DNA of 64,000 nt from assembly GCA_964654465.1 (NCBI GenBank), contig CAZZIO010000018.1:14957-78956 (forward strand), given 5' to 3'. The position numbers and the translations under genes were made by a program. Numbering within the stretch: the first letter of the stretch is position 1; every line of letters starts with the position of its first letter. Below, piece by piece: positions 30,429 to 39,487 of this stretch. The notes below the pieces were generated by a model. It was not told where the DNA came from. It saw only the letters and a list, made by a program, of their open reading frames with translations, and ran no database searches. The DNA is from an uncultured Dictyoglomota bacterium. Its GTDB lineage: Bacteria; Dictyoglomota; Dictyoglomia; Dictyoglomales; Dictyoglomaceae.

Positions 30429-30797
30429 CTATGAATCATTAATAGAGGTAGGCACAATACCTTTATTATATAGAATTCCACTAACCTCAAAAACTATTTT
30501 ATCAGTACTTATAAGAATAATTCCTTTTTCTTTAGAAAGTTCAACAACTTCCTTAGGAACTACTTTTCCTCTGCAGACAATTATCATTGGTATATCAAGA
30601 ATCTCAGCAGTGCGAACAATTTGTGAATTTGTGATCCCCGTAATAAGTACCACATCTTTTTCATTAGAAGTTACCATAGCTAACACATCACTCATAAGAT
30701 CTGCAGCAAAAGCCTTTTTAATATCTACCTCATCTAACAAATTTTCTCCTGCCAATACCTTCCCATTAATCAACTCTACAATCTCTCTTGCCTTCAT
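30429..30797 (-). CDS. DRTGG-domain protein
   Basis: AADLMSDVL...LITG...VRTAE. Confidence 0.82.
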   Translation of the reverse strand: MKAREIVELINGKVLAGENLLDEVDIKKAFAADLMSDVLAMVTSNEKDVVLITGITNSQIVRTAEILDIPMIIVCRGKVVPKEVVELSKEKGIILISTDKIVFEVSGILYNKGIVPTSINDS

Positions 30798-31141
30798 TGA
30801 AGCCTATCTACTCCTTTTATTCCTAAACTATAAAGTTTACCTACCACATTAAAGGCATTATCTTTAGTAATTAATAAAGCAATTTTTTCTTCTTTTGCCT
30901 TTTTAATAGTCTCTTCATCAGGATTTTGACCTGAAACAAAAATTATACTTTTAATTCCAGTAAGTACTGCAACTGCTATAGTATTTACATGAGTCTGAAT
31001 AGTAACCCATACCGAATCTTCGGGAGCATGAGCCATAACAAAAGAAAGCAAATCACTTACAATTCCACCCCTAATTTCATAATCCTCATCCATATAAATA
31101 ACATTTAACTCCAAATTTCTAACAATTTCACTCAGTTTCAT
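30794..31141 (-). CDS. DRTGG-domain protein
   Basis: SDLLSFVM...WVTIQTHVN. Confidence 0.8.
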   Translation of the reverse strand: MKLSEIVRNLELNVIYMDEDYEIRGGIVSDLLSFVMAHAPEDSVWVTIQTHVNTIAVAVLTGIKSIIFVSGQNPDEETIKKAKEEKIALLITKDNAFNVVGKLYSLGIKGVDRLQ

Positions 31142-32453
31142 CTTTTTCTTCCCTCCGTTTTAAGACAACCGAAGAGGATCTTCTGGATAATTCTTCCATC
31201 TCTTTTGCCATTTTCCATAACTTTTCCTTAAGAAGAAATATACAATCATAGATTTGAGCATCTCCTCTCACTATATCTTCTGCTAAAGCAGCGCAAGTAG
31301 GAGATCCACATGAACCACAATCAAGTCCAGGAAGCATTTCCATTATTTTTCTCATATCCTCCATCTTTCTTAAAGCCCTATTTATATCTTCATCTAATTT
31401 CCAAATAGGTCTTGGTAAAATAGGAGAAGTTCTTAATACTTCTGATAGATTTATATCCTCACAAAGAGATTTTTTTATAAAATCTTTATCAAGTTTTTTG
31501 TATAAGGCTAAAATTCTTTTCTTGGCAAGATAATAGTTCTCAGGATTTAATACCCCTCCAACACAACCTTCCTCACAAGCCCTAAGCTCCAAAAACTTCA
31601 CATCCTGAAGTTTATTTCTTTCTAAATCTTCAAGAACTCTGGCTACCTTTTCTATACCTCCCACACTTATTACTTCTTCTTCGTTGAATACCATTCCCTC
31701 TCCCCCAAGAGCTCCTGATAAAATTCCCTTTGCATAAAACCCACCATCTATTGCTTCTACCTCTCTATTGTCATCTTTAAGTTCCTTTTTTATTTTTAAG
31801 TAAATATTATCAATGCCTATAACAAATTCAAAACCTTCTTCCTTATTTTGTTTTAAATATGTAGCAAAGGCAGGACAAGGAGTAATATAAGCAAGATGAA
31901 GTATTCCTCTTTCTTCCTTCTTCCATAACTTTTTTATTATACTCCCCGCTATCTCAACAGGTGTTTTAAAGGGTGATAAGTTAGAAATCAAAGTAGGAAA
32001 ACGTACTTGTATTAACTCTACAACAGCAGGACAGTAAGTGGATATAAGTGGAAGATTGCGAGAACTATTAATATAGTCCATAAGAGCTTCTTGTAAAAGG
32101 AATAAACCACAGGTAGTATCCCAAACTTCTACCGCATTAGTTACCTTTTTAATTGCTCTTTGAATCTCAAAAGGAGAATAATTAGTTGTAAATTGGGAAT
32201 ATATCTCGGGAGATATTACTACAACTAAATTATCTAAATAAGATATACTATCATAGGTGTGAGTAAATCCAAAAGGTGCATGATATGGGCAAACTCTAAT
32301 GCATTCCCCACAATCGATACATCTATATGGAAGAATGAGGGATTTTCCATTACGAACCCTCATAGCTTCAGTAGGGCAATGCCTTATACAATGAATACAC
32401 CCCTTACACCTCTGCAAATTAATAGCCACTGAATGAATATATTTCTCACTCAT
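31128..32453 (-). CDS. Putative sensory [FeFe]-hydrogenase-like protein (group D/HydS-type architecture)
   Basis: Two N-terminal 4Fe-4S motifs; H-domain motifs STYCP, TPCPAF and ELRACEEGCVGG; C-terminal LPGLDCGSCGSPTC FeS domain. Confidence 0.8.
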   Translation of the reverse strand: MSEKYIHSVAINLQRCKGCIHCIRHCPTEAMRVRNGKSLILPYRCIDCGECIRVCPYHAPFGFTHTYDSISYLDNLVVVISPEIYSQFTTNYSPFEIQRAIKKVTNAVEVWDTTCGLFLLQEALMDYINSSRNLPLISTYCPAVVELIQVRFPTLISNLSPFKTPVEIAGSIIKKLWKKEERGILHLAYITPCPAFATYLKQNKEEGFEFVIGIDNIYLKIKKELKDDNREVEAIDGGFYAKGILSGALGGEGMVFNEEEVISVGGIEKVARVLEDLERNKLQDVKFLELRACEEGCVGGVLNPENYYLAKKRILALYKKLDKDFIKKSLCEDINLSEVLRTSPILPRPIWKLDEDINRALRKMEDMRKIMEMLPGLDCGSCGSPTCAALAEDIVRGDAQIYDCIFLLKEKLWKMAKEMEELSRRSSSVVLKRREEKDETE

Positions 32454-33322
32454 TGTCTTTCCCTCTTTAAATATATTTTCGAGTACACCTTTGTACCCTT
32501 TCCCACTTCGGACTCAATCTTTAATTCATCTGATGAATTCTTAATATTTGGAAGTCCCATACCTGCCCCAAATCCCATTTCCCTAATATTATCTGGTGCT
32601 GTTGAATAACCTGGTTGCATAGCAAGCTCTATATCAGGAATTCCTGGACCTTCATCCTCAGCAATTATTTCAATATACTCTGGTGTAACTTTTACTCTTA
32701 AAACTCCCCTGTAGGCGTGAATAACTATGTTCATCTCAGCCTCATAAGTGACGACCGCAACCCTTCTAAGTATATCTACACTTATTCCAAGTTGTTGCAA
32801 AGCTTTTTTTATATTACTGGACGCCATACCAGCAAGAGCAAAATCTCCCCCTAACACAGGAAACTCCAAAGTTAATATATTTTCCTCTTTGGGCTCCTGA
32901 GTAATAGTTCCTTCTATATCTTCCACATCTACCAAATTCAAAACTACATCCTTAGTACTTAACATTCCTAAAACCTTTTTTTCATTATCTATTACAGGAA
33001 ATCTTCCATACCTAAATTGTCGGAATCTAATCAAAGCTTCATACAAAGTATTATCTGGAGACAAACATTTTGGATCTCTTACCATATACTTTCCACACGG
33101 TGAGTTTAAATCGCCATTAACAAGTGCCACAATTACATTCTCTACAGTGACTAAACCTACAAGCCTATCTATATCATCTACAATAGGAATTGCATCAATT
33201 CTTTTGATTCTCATAATTTCTTGAATTGAACGCATATCTTGGTAAGGTTTTAACCTTACTATATCTGTGTTCATTATATCTTTTACTTTTATTTTTTCTA
33301 AATATTCCTTAGGTATCTTCAA
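32450..33322 (-). CDS. CBS-pair fused to an RsbT-like Ser/Thr kinase (anti-sigma-type ATPase)
   Basis: Two CBS repeats, then YEAEMNIVIHA, DEGPGIPDI, GFGAGMGLPN. Confidence 0.85.
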   Translation of the reverse strand: MKIPKEYLEKIKVKDIMNTDIVRLKPYQDMRSIQEIMRIKRIDAIPIVDDIDRLVGLVTVENVIVALVNGDLNSPCGKYMVRDPKCLSPDNTLYEALIRFRQFRYGRFPVIDNEKKVLGMLSTKDVVLNLVDVEDIEGTITQEPKEENILTLEFPVLGGDFALAGMASSNIKKALQQLGISVDILRRVAVVTYEAEMNIVIHAYRGVLRVKVTPEYIEIIAEDEGPGIPDIELAMQPGYSTAPDNIREMGFGAGMGLPNIKNSSDELKIESEVGKGTKVYSKIYLKRERQ

Positions 33323-33678
33323 ATATCAAAATCAACCTTCTTTCCTTGAAACCCAGCTACATATAATTTTCCACATGCCTCATACATAGGGTATTTTGTT
33401 GTAAGAAGAGGAATACCAGATTTCTTTGCTACTTCTATTACATCTTGATAGGGTATTTTACCTCTAACAAACACGACTCCAGCCAAATCTAAAATCTCAG
33501 CAGTTCTTATAACCTGTAACGTAACAAGACCTGTAAGGAGAAGCGAATTTGCCTCTAAGAGACAAAGAGCATCACTCATTAAATCTGTTGCACCTACATA
33601 CAAAACCTCATTTTCAAGTTTCTCTTCTAAACATAGAACTTCAGCTTTTAATATTTCTTTTACCTTCTTAAGATTCAT
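33319..33678 (-). CDS. DRTGG-domain protein
   Basis: ATDLMSDAL...LLTGL...IRTAE. Confidence 0.82.
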   Translation of the reverse strand: MNLKKVKEILKAEVLCLEEKLENEVLYVGATDLMSDALCLLEANSLLLTGLVTLQVIRTAEILDLAGVVFVRGKIPYQDVIEVAKKSGIPLLTTKYPMYEACGKLYVAGFQGKKVDFDI

Positions 33679-33731
33679 TTCTCTCTCCTCAAAATATTTT
33701 CAGGTTTAATTTAAACACATTTTTAATATCA

Positions 33732-33760
33732 TTGTCAACAAAGATAAAATATGATATAAT
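33732..33760 (+). promoter_or_regulatory. Rightward promoter overlapping the leftward -35 (TTGACA, 33733-33738) of the hydrogenase operon
   Basis: TTGTCA-17nt-TATAAT with an extended TG on the plus strand. Confidence 0.55.
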
Positions 33761-33800
33761 CTTAAATTTTTTTTAATCATACCTATAGGGGTAAACTAAT

Positions 33801-33818
33801 TTGTTAAAATTTTCTCAA
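33801..33818. promoter_or_regulatory. Putative Rex operator
   Basis: TTGTTAA-AATT-TTCTCAA, compared with the Rex consensus TTGTGAA-N4-TTCACAA. Confidence 0.45.
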
Positions 33819-33916
33819 TTCATTTAGGTTTTTAAAGATAATAATTATTGATATACAGTAGTAAGGTATATAAAACTAGTGATATATATTCAGTTGCAAT
33901 GTTATATAATATAAAC

Positions 33917-34843
33917 ATGAAAAAGAAGAAGATAGGACTTGCATTAGGTAGCGGAGGAGCAAAAGGTCTTTCCCACATTGGAGTATTAAAAGTACTGGAG
34001 AGGGAAGGAATAGAAGTCTCTTATATAAGTGGGAGTAGTGCAGGAGCTTTAATAGGTGGATTATATGCAAAAGGATATTCTGCAAAAGATTTAGAGAAAC
34101 TAGCCTTAGAAATAGGAAAAAATAAAGAAGAATTTTATAAACTTTTTGATTTTTCAAAATCTCTCCAAGGAATTATAAAAGGTGAAAAAATATTAGAGTA
34201 TTTAGATAATATATTAGAAGGCACATTATTTTCGAACCTAAAAATACCATTTATATCTTTAGCAGTAGATCTTATTACTGGAGAAAAAGTAATTATAAAT
34301 GAGGGAAAAGTATCAGAAGCTATTAGAGCAAGTATATCCATTCCTGTGATATTTCAACCTTATCCTTGGAAAGATAAACTCCTAATAGATGGGGGTGTAC
34401 TTTCCCCTGTTCCAGTTAAAGAATTGAGAGAGATATATAAACCAGATATCATCATAGGAGTTAGTTTGCATAAGAGAACAAATTGGAAACCTAAAAAAGA
34501 AATTCAGATAGATATCCCCTATCAACCCAGCAATATAACAGAAAAAATCACATATAAAATGTCTCAGATAAAGCTCCTTAAGGAATTTCAACAGAGGTTA
34601 AATCCATTATTAAACCCATCCTTATTTGAGGTCCTTATGCAGACCATAGATATTATGAATTATGAATTAGAAAATCAGAATCTCAAAAATGCAGATTTAG
34701 TTATCATCCCTGAGGTACAAAATTTTGGAACTTTTGATTTTGATAAAGCTTCCGATATTATAGTCTTAGGTGAAAAAGCCATGGAAGAAAAGCTTGATTC
34801 CTTAATAAAGCTTATAAAAAAGAAAAAATTTATATTCTTCTAA
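33917..34843 (+). CDS. Patatin-like phospholipase (RssA/NTE family)
   Basis: LALGSGGAKG, GSSAG, DGG motifs. Confidence 0.92.
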   Translation: MKKKKIGLALGSGGAKGLSHIGVLKVLEREGIEVSYISGSSAGALIGGLYAKGYSAKDLEKLALEIGKNKEEFYKLFDFSKSLQGIIKGEKILEYLDNILEGTLFSNLKIPFISLAVDLITGEKVIINEGKVSEAIRASISIPVIFQPYPWKDKLLIDGGVLSPVPVKELREIYKPDIIIGVSLHKRTNWKPKKEIQIDIPYQPSNITEKITYKMSQIKLLKEFQQRLNPLLNPSLFEVLMQTIDIMNYELENQNLKNADLVIIPEVQNFGTFDFDKASDIIVLGEKAMEEKLDSLIKLIKKKKFIFF

Positions 34844-35346
34844 TAAACCTGTATTATTTCATCTAACGGGAGTCTTGGTTTTTTTGGGGGATCTTCAGCT
34901 GGATACCCTAAGGTCATAAGTTGTATTACCTCTGCTTCCTTAGGAAGATTTAATACTTCTTTAACTTTATCTTGATAAAAAGATCCTATCCAACAAGTTC
35001 CAAGTCCTTCTTCTACTGCTTGAAGATGTATATGAGTTAAAGCTATAGCAACATCTATATAATGAGCAGGTATTCCACACCTCATTACATAATCCTTATC
35101 TAAAACATAAGCCACTATAATTATGGAAGCCTTTAACATAAAAGGCTGATGAGGAGAAGCTTCTTTAACCAATCTTTCCTTCAAATTTTTATCTCTCACA
35201 ATAATAAATCTCCATTCCTGCCTATTTCTTGCTGAAGGAGCATGTCTTGCCGCCTCCATTATTCTTAGAAGTTTTTCCTCCTCTATATCCTTATCTAAAT
35301 AATCTCTTATACTTCTTCTCTTATTTATAGCCTCAAAAACATCCAT
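34840..35346 (-). CDS. Nitroreductase family protein
   Basis: RRSIR, APSARNRQEW, GLGTCWIG. Confidence 0.92.
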   Translation of the reverse strand: MDVFEAINKRRSIRDYLDKDIEEEKLLRIMEAARHAPSARNRQEWRFIIVRDKNLKERLVKEASPHQPFMLKASIIIVAYVLDKDYVMRCGIPAHYIDVAIALTHIHLQAVEEGLGTCWIGSFYQDKVKEVLNLPKEAEVIQLMTLGYPAEDPPKKPRLPLDEIIQVY

Positions 35347-36273
35347 TTATTTCACCCCCATAAGTTTCCATCTTTCTCCCATCATCCTCAATCTTTTTAT
35401 TCTTTCTTCTATAGGCGGATGAGTACTAAAAAGATTATTTATATTATATTTTTTGAGGGGATCAGCAATATATAAAGGAGCAGTGATATTATTCGCTCTC
35501 CTTACAGGATTTGGATCCTTAGCTATCTTTTCCAGTGCAGAGGCAAGACCTTCAGGATATCTTGTAAGCATAGCTGCAGTAGCATCTGCCATATACTCTC
35601 TCTGTCTTGACAAGGCAAATCTTAAAATTGTTGCTACTAAGGGAGCCACTAAGGCAACAATCAAAGATATAATACCTAAAAAGTCTTGGTCTTTAGTTTT
35701 TCTTTTTCCTGAAAAGAAAGATCCATAATAAAATGATCTTTTTAAACTATCTCCAAGAATTACAATTAAACCTACCAATACAACCGCTATAGTTTGAAGT
35801 CTTACATCATAATTTTTTATATGTGATATCTCATGAGCAACTACTCCCTCAAGCTCCAATCTATTCATCTTCTCTAAAAGGCCAGTAGTTACAGCAATTG
35901 CACTATTTTTTGGGTCTTTTCCTGCAGCGAAAGCATTGGGTGATGGATCATTTATTACATAAATTTTAGGTGTAGGAATACCTGCAGCTATGCTCAAACC
36001 TTCCACAATATTTATAAGATAAGGATATTCATCCTTTTTTGGCTCATATGCATCACTTATAGATAGAATTAATTTATCACTATTTTTATACGCATAGTAG
36101 TTTACTGTTAAAGTAATTAACAAAGCTATGAATATAGCTATTTCTCCTAAATTGAAAAAATAGATTATAGAATAACATACAAAGAAAAGAAGAATAGATA
36201 TAAGAAATAATATTAACCATGTTTTTCTCTTATTTTGTTCTATAGCTTCATAAAAAGTATAAGTATTCTTCAT
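35347..36273 (-). CDS. htpX: Zinc metalloprotease HtpX (M48)
   Basis: PNAFA, AHEISH, SRQREYMAD, FSTHPP. Confidence 0.93.
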   Translation of the reverse strand: MKNTYTFYEAIEQNKRKTWLILFLISILLFFVCYSIIYFFNLGEIAIFIALLITLTVNYYAYKNSDKLILSISDAYEPKKDEYPYLINIVEGLSIAAGIPTPKIYVINDPSPNAFAAGKDPKNSAIAVTTGLLEKMNRLELEGVVAHEISHIKNYDVRLQTIAVVLVGLIVILGDSLKRSFYYGSFFSGKRKTKDQDFLGIISLIVALVAPLVATILRFALSRQREYMADATAAMLTRYPEGLASALEKIAKDPNPVRRANNITAPLYIADPLKKYNINNLFSTHPPIEERIKRLRMMGERWKLMGVK

Positions 36274-36276
36274 AAA

Positions 36277-36828
36277 TTAAAAGCTAACTTTAACAGCTTT
36301 TCTTTCCTCTGGATTTTCCACTTCAAAATATTCTTTAGGCTTAAATCCAAAAATATTTGCGATTACAGAATTTGGAAAAACCTGCAAAGATTGATTATAA
36401 ATCATAACAATGTCATTATAAAATTGTCTTGCATAAGCAATTTTTTCTTCAATTCCACTCAATTCTTCCTGCAACATAAGAAAATTTTGATTTGCCTTTA
36501 AATCTGGATAATTCTCAACTATGGCAAAAAGGGTTTTTAAAGTAGAAGTAAGTCCTTGATCTGCTTGAGCTATTTCTCCTGGGGTCTTCGCACTCATCAT
36601 TTGCGCTCTATAAAGAGCAATTTTATCAAATATTTCTTTTTCATGAGATGCATAACCTTTAACCACTTCTACTAAGTTTGGAATTAGGTCATATCTTCTC
36701 TTTAGTTGTACATCAATTTGAGCCCATGCATTCTCCACCCTATTTCTCAAAACTACTAATCGGTTATATATGACTATAACAAACAGAGCCAAAAATATTA
36801 ATATACCTAAGATGATTAAACCTAACAT
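36277..36828 (-). CDS. lemA: LemA family protein
   Basis: QIDVQLKRRYDLIPNLV, ENYPDLKA. Confidence 0.94.
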   Translation of the reverse strand: MLGLIILGILIFLALFVIVIYNRLVVLRNRVENAWAQIDVQLKRRYDLIPNLVEVVKGYASHEKEIFDKIALYRAQMMSAKTPGEIAQADQGLTSTLKTLFAIVENYPDLKANQNFLMLQEELSGIEEKIAYARQFYNDIVMIYNQSLQVFPNSVIANIFGFKPKEYFEVENPEERKAVKVSF

Positions 36829-36866
36829 TTTAAAAACCTCCCCTAAAAAAAATTTAAAAATCAAAA

Positions 36867-38108
36867 CTAATTCCAACTTTGAAGATAGCGAATCTGCTCT
36901 TCTGTAAGAGTATCAATTTCTATATTTAGGCTTTTGAGCTTTAATTCTGCAACTTCTTCCTCTATTTCTCGAGGAACTTGAAGCACTCTCTTAGGTAAAT
37001 TTCTTCCATGCTCAAGCAACCATTTCATCACCAAAAACTGAACTCCAAAAGAAAGATCCATTATTTCGACAGGGTGACCATCACCCCCTGCTAAATTCAA
37101 AAGCCTTCCTTCTGCTATAACATAAAGCCTCTTATTATTAGGAAGGACATATTCATGTATATTTTCTCTTACCTCTTTTTTATTAATTGCTAATTCTTCT
37201 AAAGATTTCATATCTATCTCCACATTAAAATGTCCTGCATTAGCCAATATGGCTCCATCTTTCATATTCAAAAAGTGCTCCTTAGTTATCACCTTACAAT
37301 TCCCCGTTGCTGTTATAAACACATCTCCTAACTTTACAGCCTTTGAAATTGGCATAACTTCAAAACCTTCCATATATGCTTCTAATGCCTTAATAGGATC
37401 AACTTCAGTTATAATAACTCTTCCTTTTAATCCTTGGATTTTATGAGCTATACCCTTTCCAACCCATCCATATCCTGATATTACGAAAATTTTTCCTGCA
37501 ACTAACAAATTGGTGTTTCTCATAAAGGAAGACAAAGCAGATTCACCAGTACCAAACCTATTATCAAATAAAAATTTTGTCCTTGCATCATTTACTGCTA
37601 CTATTGGAAAAAATAATCCCTTTTCTTTTTCAAGGGCCTTTGCTCTTATAACACCTGTCGTAGTTTCTTCTCCCACACCTAATATTTTACTTTTTAAACG
37701 TGAAAATTCCTTATACAAAAGGGTTGTAAGATCAAAGCCATCATCAATTAAAAGATCAGGTTCTTTATTTAACACTTCCCTCAGATTATTTATATAATCT
37801 TCTTCTGTTTCTCCTCTCCAAGCAAAAACTTCTACTCCTTCTTTTACCAGATAAGCTACCACATCATCTTGAGTAGATAAAGGATTACTTCCAGCACATA
37901 CTACCTTTGCTCCACAATTTTTAAAAGAAAGAGCAAGTCGTGCAGTTTTTGCCTCTAAATGAATACACATCCCGATAGTAGTATTTTTAAAAATTTGAGT
38001 AGAAGAATAGTTTTTTTCAAGAAGATTTACTACAGGCATAAACTGTTTTGCCCAATAAACCTTTCTTTCTCCATTTTTCCATTGATTAATATCCCTAATT
38101 TTGCTCAT
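36867..38108 (-). CDS. ahcY: Adenosylhomocysteinase
   Basis: HLEAKTA, NPLSTQDD, EETTTG, FDNRFGTG, GHPVEIMDLSF. Confidence 0.95.
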   Translation of the reverse strand: MSKIRDINQWKNGERKVYWAKQFMPVVNLLEKNYSSTQIFKNTTIGMCIHLEAKTARLALSFKNCGAKVVCAGSNPLSTQDDVVAYLVKEGVEVFAWRGETEEDYINNLREVLNKEPDLLIDDGFDLTTLLYKEFSRLKSKILGVGEETTTGVIRAKALEKEKGLFFPIVAVNDARTKFLFDNRFGTGESALSSFMRNTNLLVAGKIFVISGYGWVGKGIAHKIQGLKGRVIITEVDPIKALEAYMEGFEVMPISKAVKLGDVFITATGNCKVITKEHFLNMKDGAILANAGHFNVEIDMKSLEELAINKKEVRENIHEYVLPNNKRLYVIAEGRLLNLAGGDGHPVEIMDLSFGVQFLVMKWLLEHGRNLPKRVLQVPREIEEEVAELKLKSLNIEIDTLTEEQIRYLQSWN

Positions 38109-38111
38109 AAT

Positions 38112-38711
38112 TTATCTCTTTTTCGTGTTTTGCATAGCCATAAATTCTACCTCACCTTTCAATATTTGCAAAAAGAGATTGTTTCCCACATTTTTATTCT
38201 CTTTCATATACTTTTCTATTCTTTCTCTCTCAAATGATATCACCTTCAAAAAATCATCAACGGTAAATATGGGAAGACCAAATTCATTTTCTCTCTTCTC
38301 TAATTTCGCTAATTCCTCTTGTAAAATACTCTTTAGCTTTGTCCCGCGGGAAGATTTAGGGTAAAGATTAGGAAGATATAAATTTTTTTTACGGGTTTGA
38401 TATTCCTTCTCAAGTAAACTCAAAACCTCTAAAAACTCTTCATCAGTAAAAGAAGGAAATTCTAATAAAAATTTATACACCAACTCTTCTAAGAATAAAA
38501 ATAAATCCCATTGGAGTCTTGTAAAATTAGCAGGTTTTTCTTCAACCCTCTCTATAGTGTGTATTTGAGCTTCCTTTAAATAGATACAATCTTGAGTACA
38601 ATTTATCTCCTTTATACGCTTTGTGCCACAGCACTCAGTACATATAAAGGCGCTAAGAGCTGGACATTTTCTTTTACCTTTTCTTTTCCCACATATAACA
38701 CATACACTCAT
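38112..38711 (-). CDS. Hypothetical protein with Cys-rich N-terminus
   Basis: CVIC...CPA...CTECCG...C...C; 3 nt from the ahcY start. Confidence 0.7.
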   Translation of the reverse strand: MSVCVICGKRKGKRKCPALSAFICTECCGTKRIKEINCTQDCIYLKEAQIHTIERVEEKPANFTRLQWDLFLFLEELVYKFLLEFPSFTDEEFLEVLSLLEKEYQTRKKNLYLPNLYPKSSRGTKLKSILQEELAKLEKRENEFGLPIFTVDDFLKVISFERERIEKYMKENKNVGNNLFLQILKGEVEFMAMQNTKKR

Positions 38712-38824
38712 GAGATAAATTATAGCATGAAGATTTTAAAATAACATTAATTGAATCCCATCAACTATGAATATATAATTACTCTATCAAAAACCAATAA
38801 ATTTTTTAAAAGAGGAAATTCAAT

Positions 38825-39481
38825 TTGGAAAAGACTACCATAACAAAAGAAATAGAAATCTTAAGAGAAAAACTTATACGTATGGGGAGCATTGTAGAGA
38901 AAATGCTCCATCAAACTATTGATTCAATAAGAAGAAGAGATCTAAAATTAGCCCAAGAAGTAATTGAAAAAGATAAATTGGTAGATGACTATAACTGGGA
39001 CATAGAAAATCAATGTATTAGTATACTATCTAATTACCAACCTGTGTCAAAAGATTTAAGAATTATAACCTCTACAATGAAAATTGTAAAAGATTTAGAA
39101 AGAATTGGTGATTACTCTGTTGATATTGCTAAATATGTTTCAAGTCTCCTTGAATATTCCTTTGAATTACCTATTTCCGATATTATATCCTTAGCCTCTT
39201 TCGTTGAGCAGATGACAAGAGAGACAATAAGAACATATTCTAAGCCAGATTTAAACAAACTAGAAAGATTATCAACATACTACAACCTTGTAAATCAAAA
39301 GTATCAGGAAACATCAGATGAATTGTTAGGTGAAATTTATAAAAATCCTATACTTACCCAACAAATTATCCAATTAATAATGATCTCTCGTTATTTAGAA
39401 CGTATTGCTGATCATGTAACAAATATAATAGAGCTTATATTCTATATAGAGACTGGAGAAAGAAAAGAATTACATGGATGA
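38825..39481 (+). CDS. phoU: Phosphate signalling protein PhoU
   Basis: QPVSKDLR, DLERIGD, YLERIADH. Confidence 0.92.
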   Translation: MEKTTITKEIEILREKLIRMGSIVEKMLHQTIDSIRRRDLKLAQEVIEKDKLVDDYNWDIENQCISILSNYQPVSKDLRIITSTMKIVKDLERIGDYSVDIAKYVSSLLEYSFELPISDIISLASFVEQMTRETIRTYSKPDLNKLERLSTYYNLVNQKYQETSDELLGEIYKNPILTQQIIQLIMISRYLERIADHVTNIIELIFYIETGERKELHG

Positions 39482-39487
39482 AAAATA

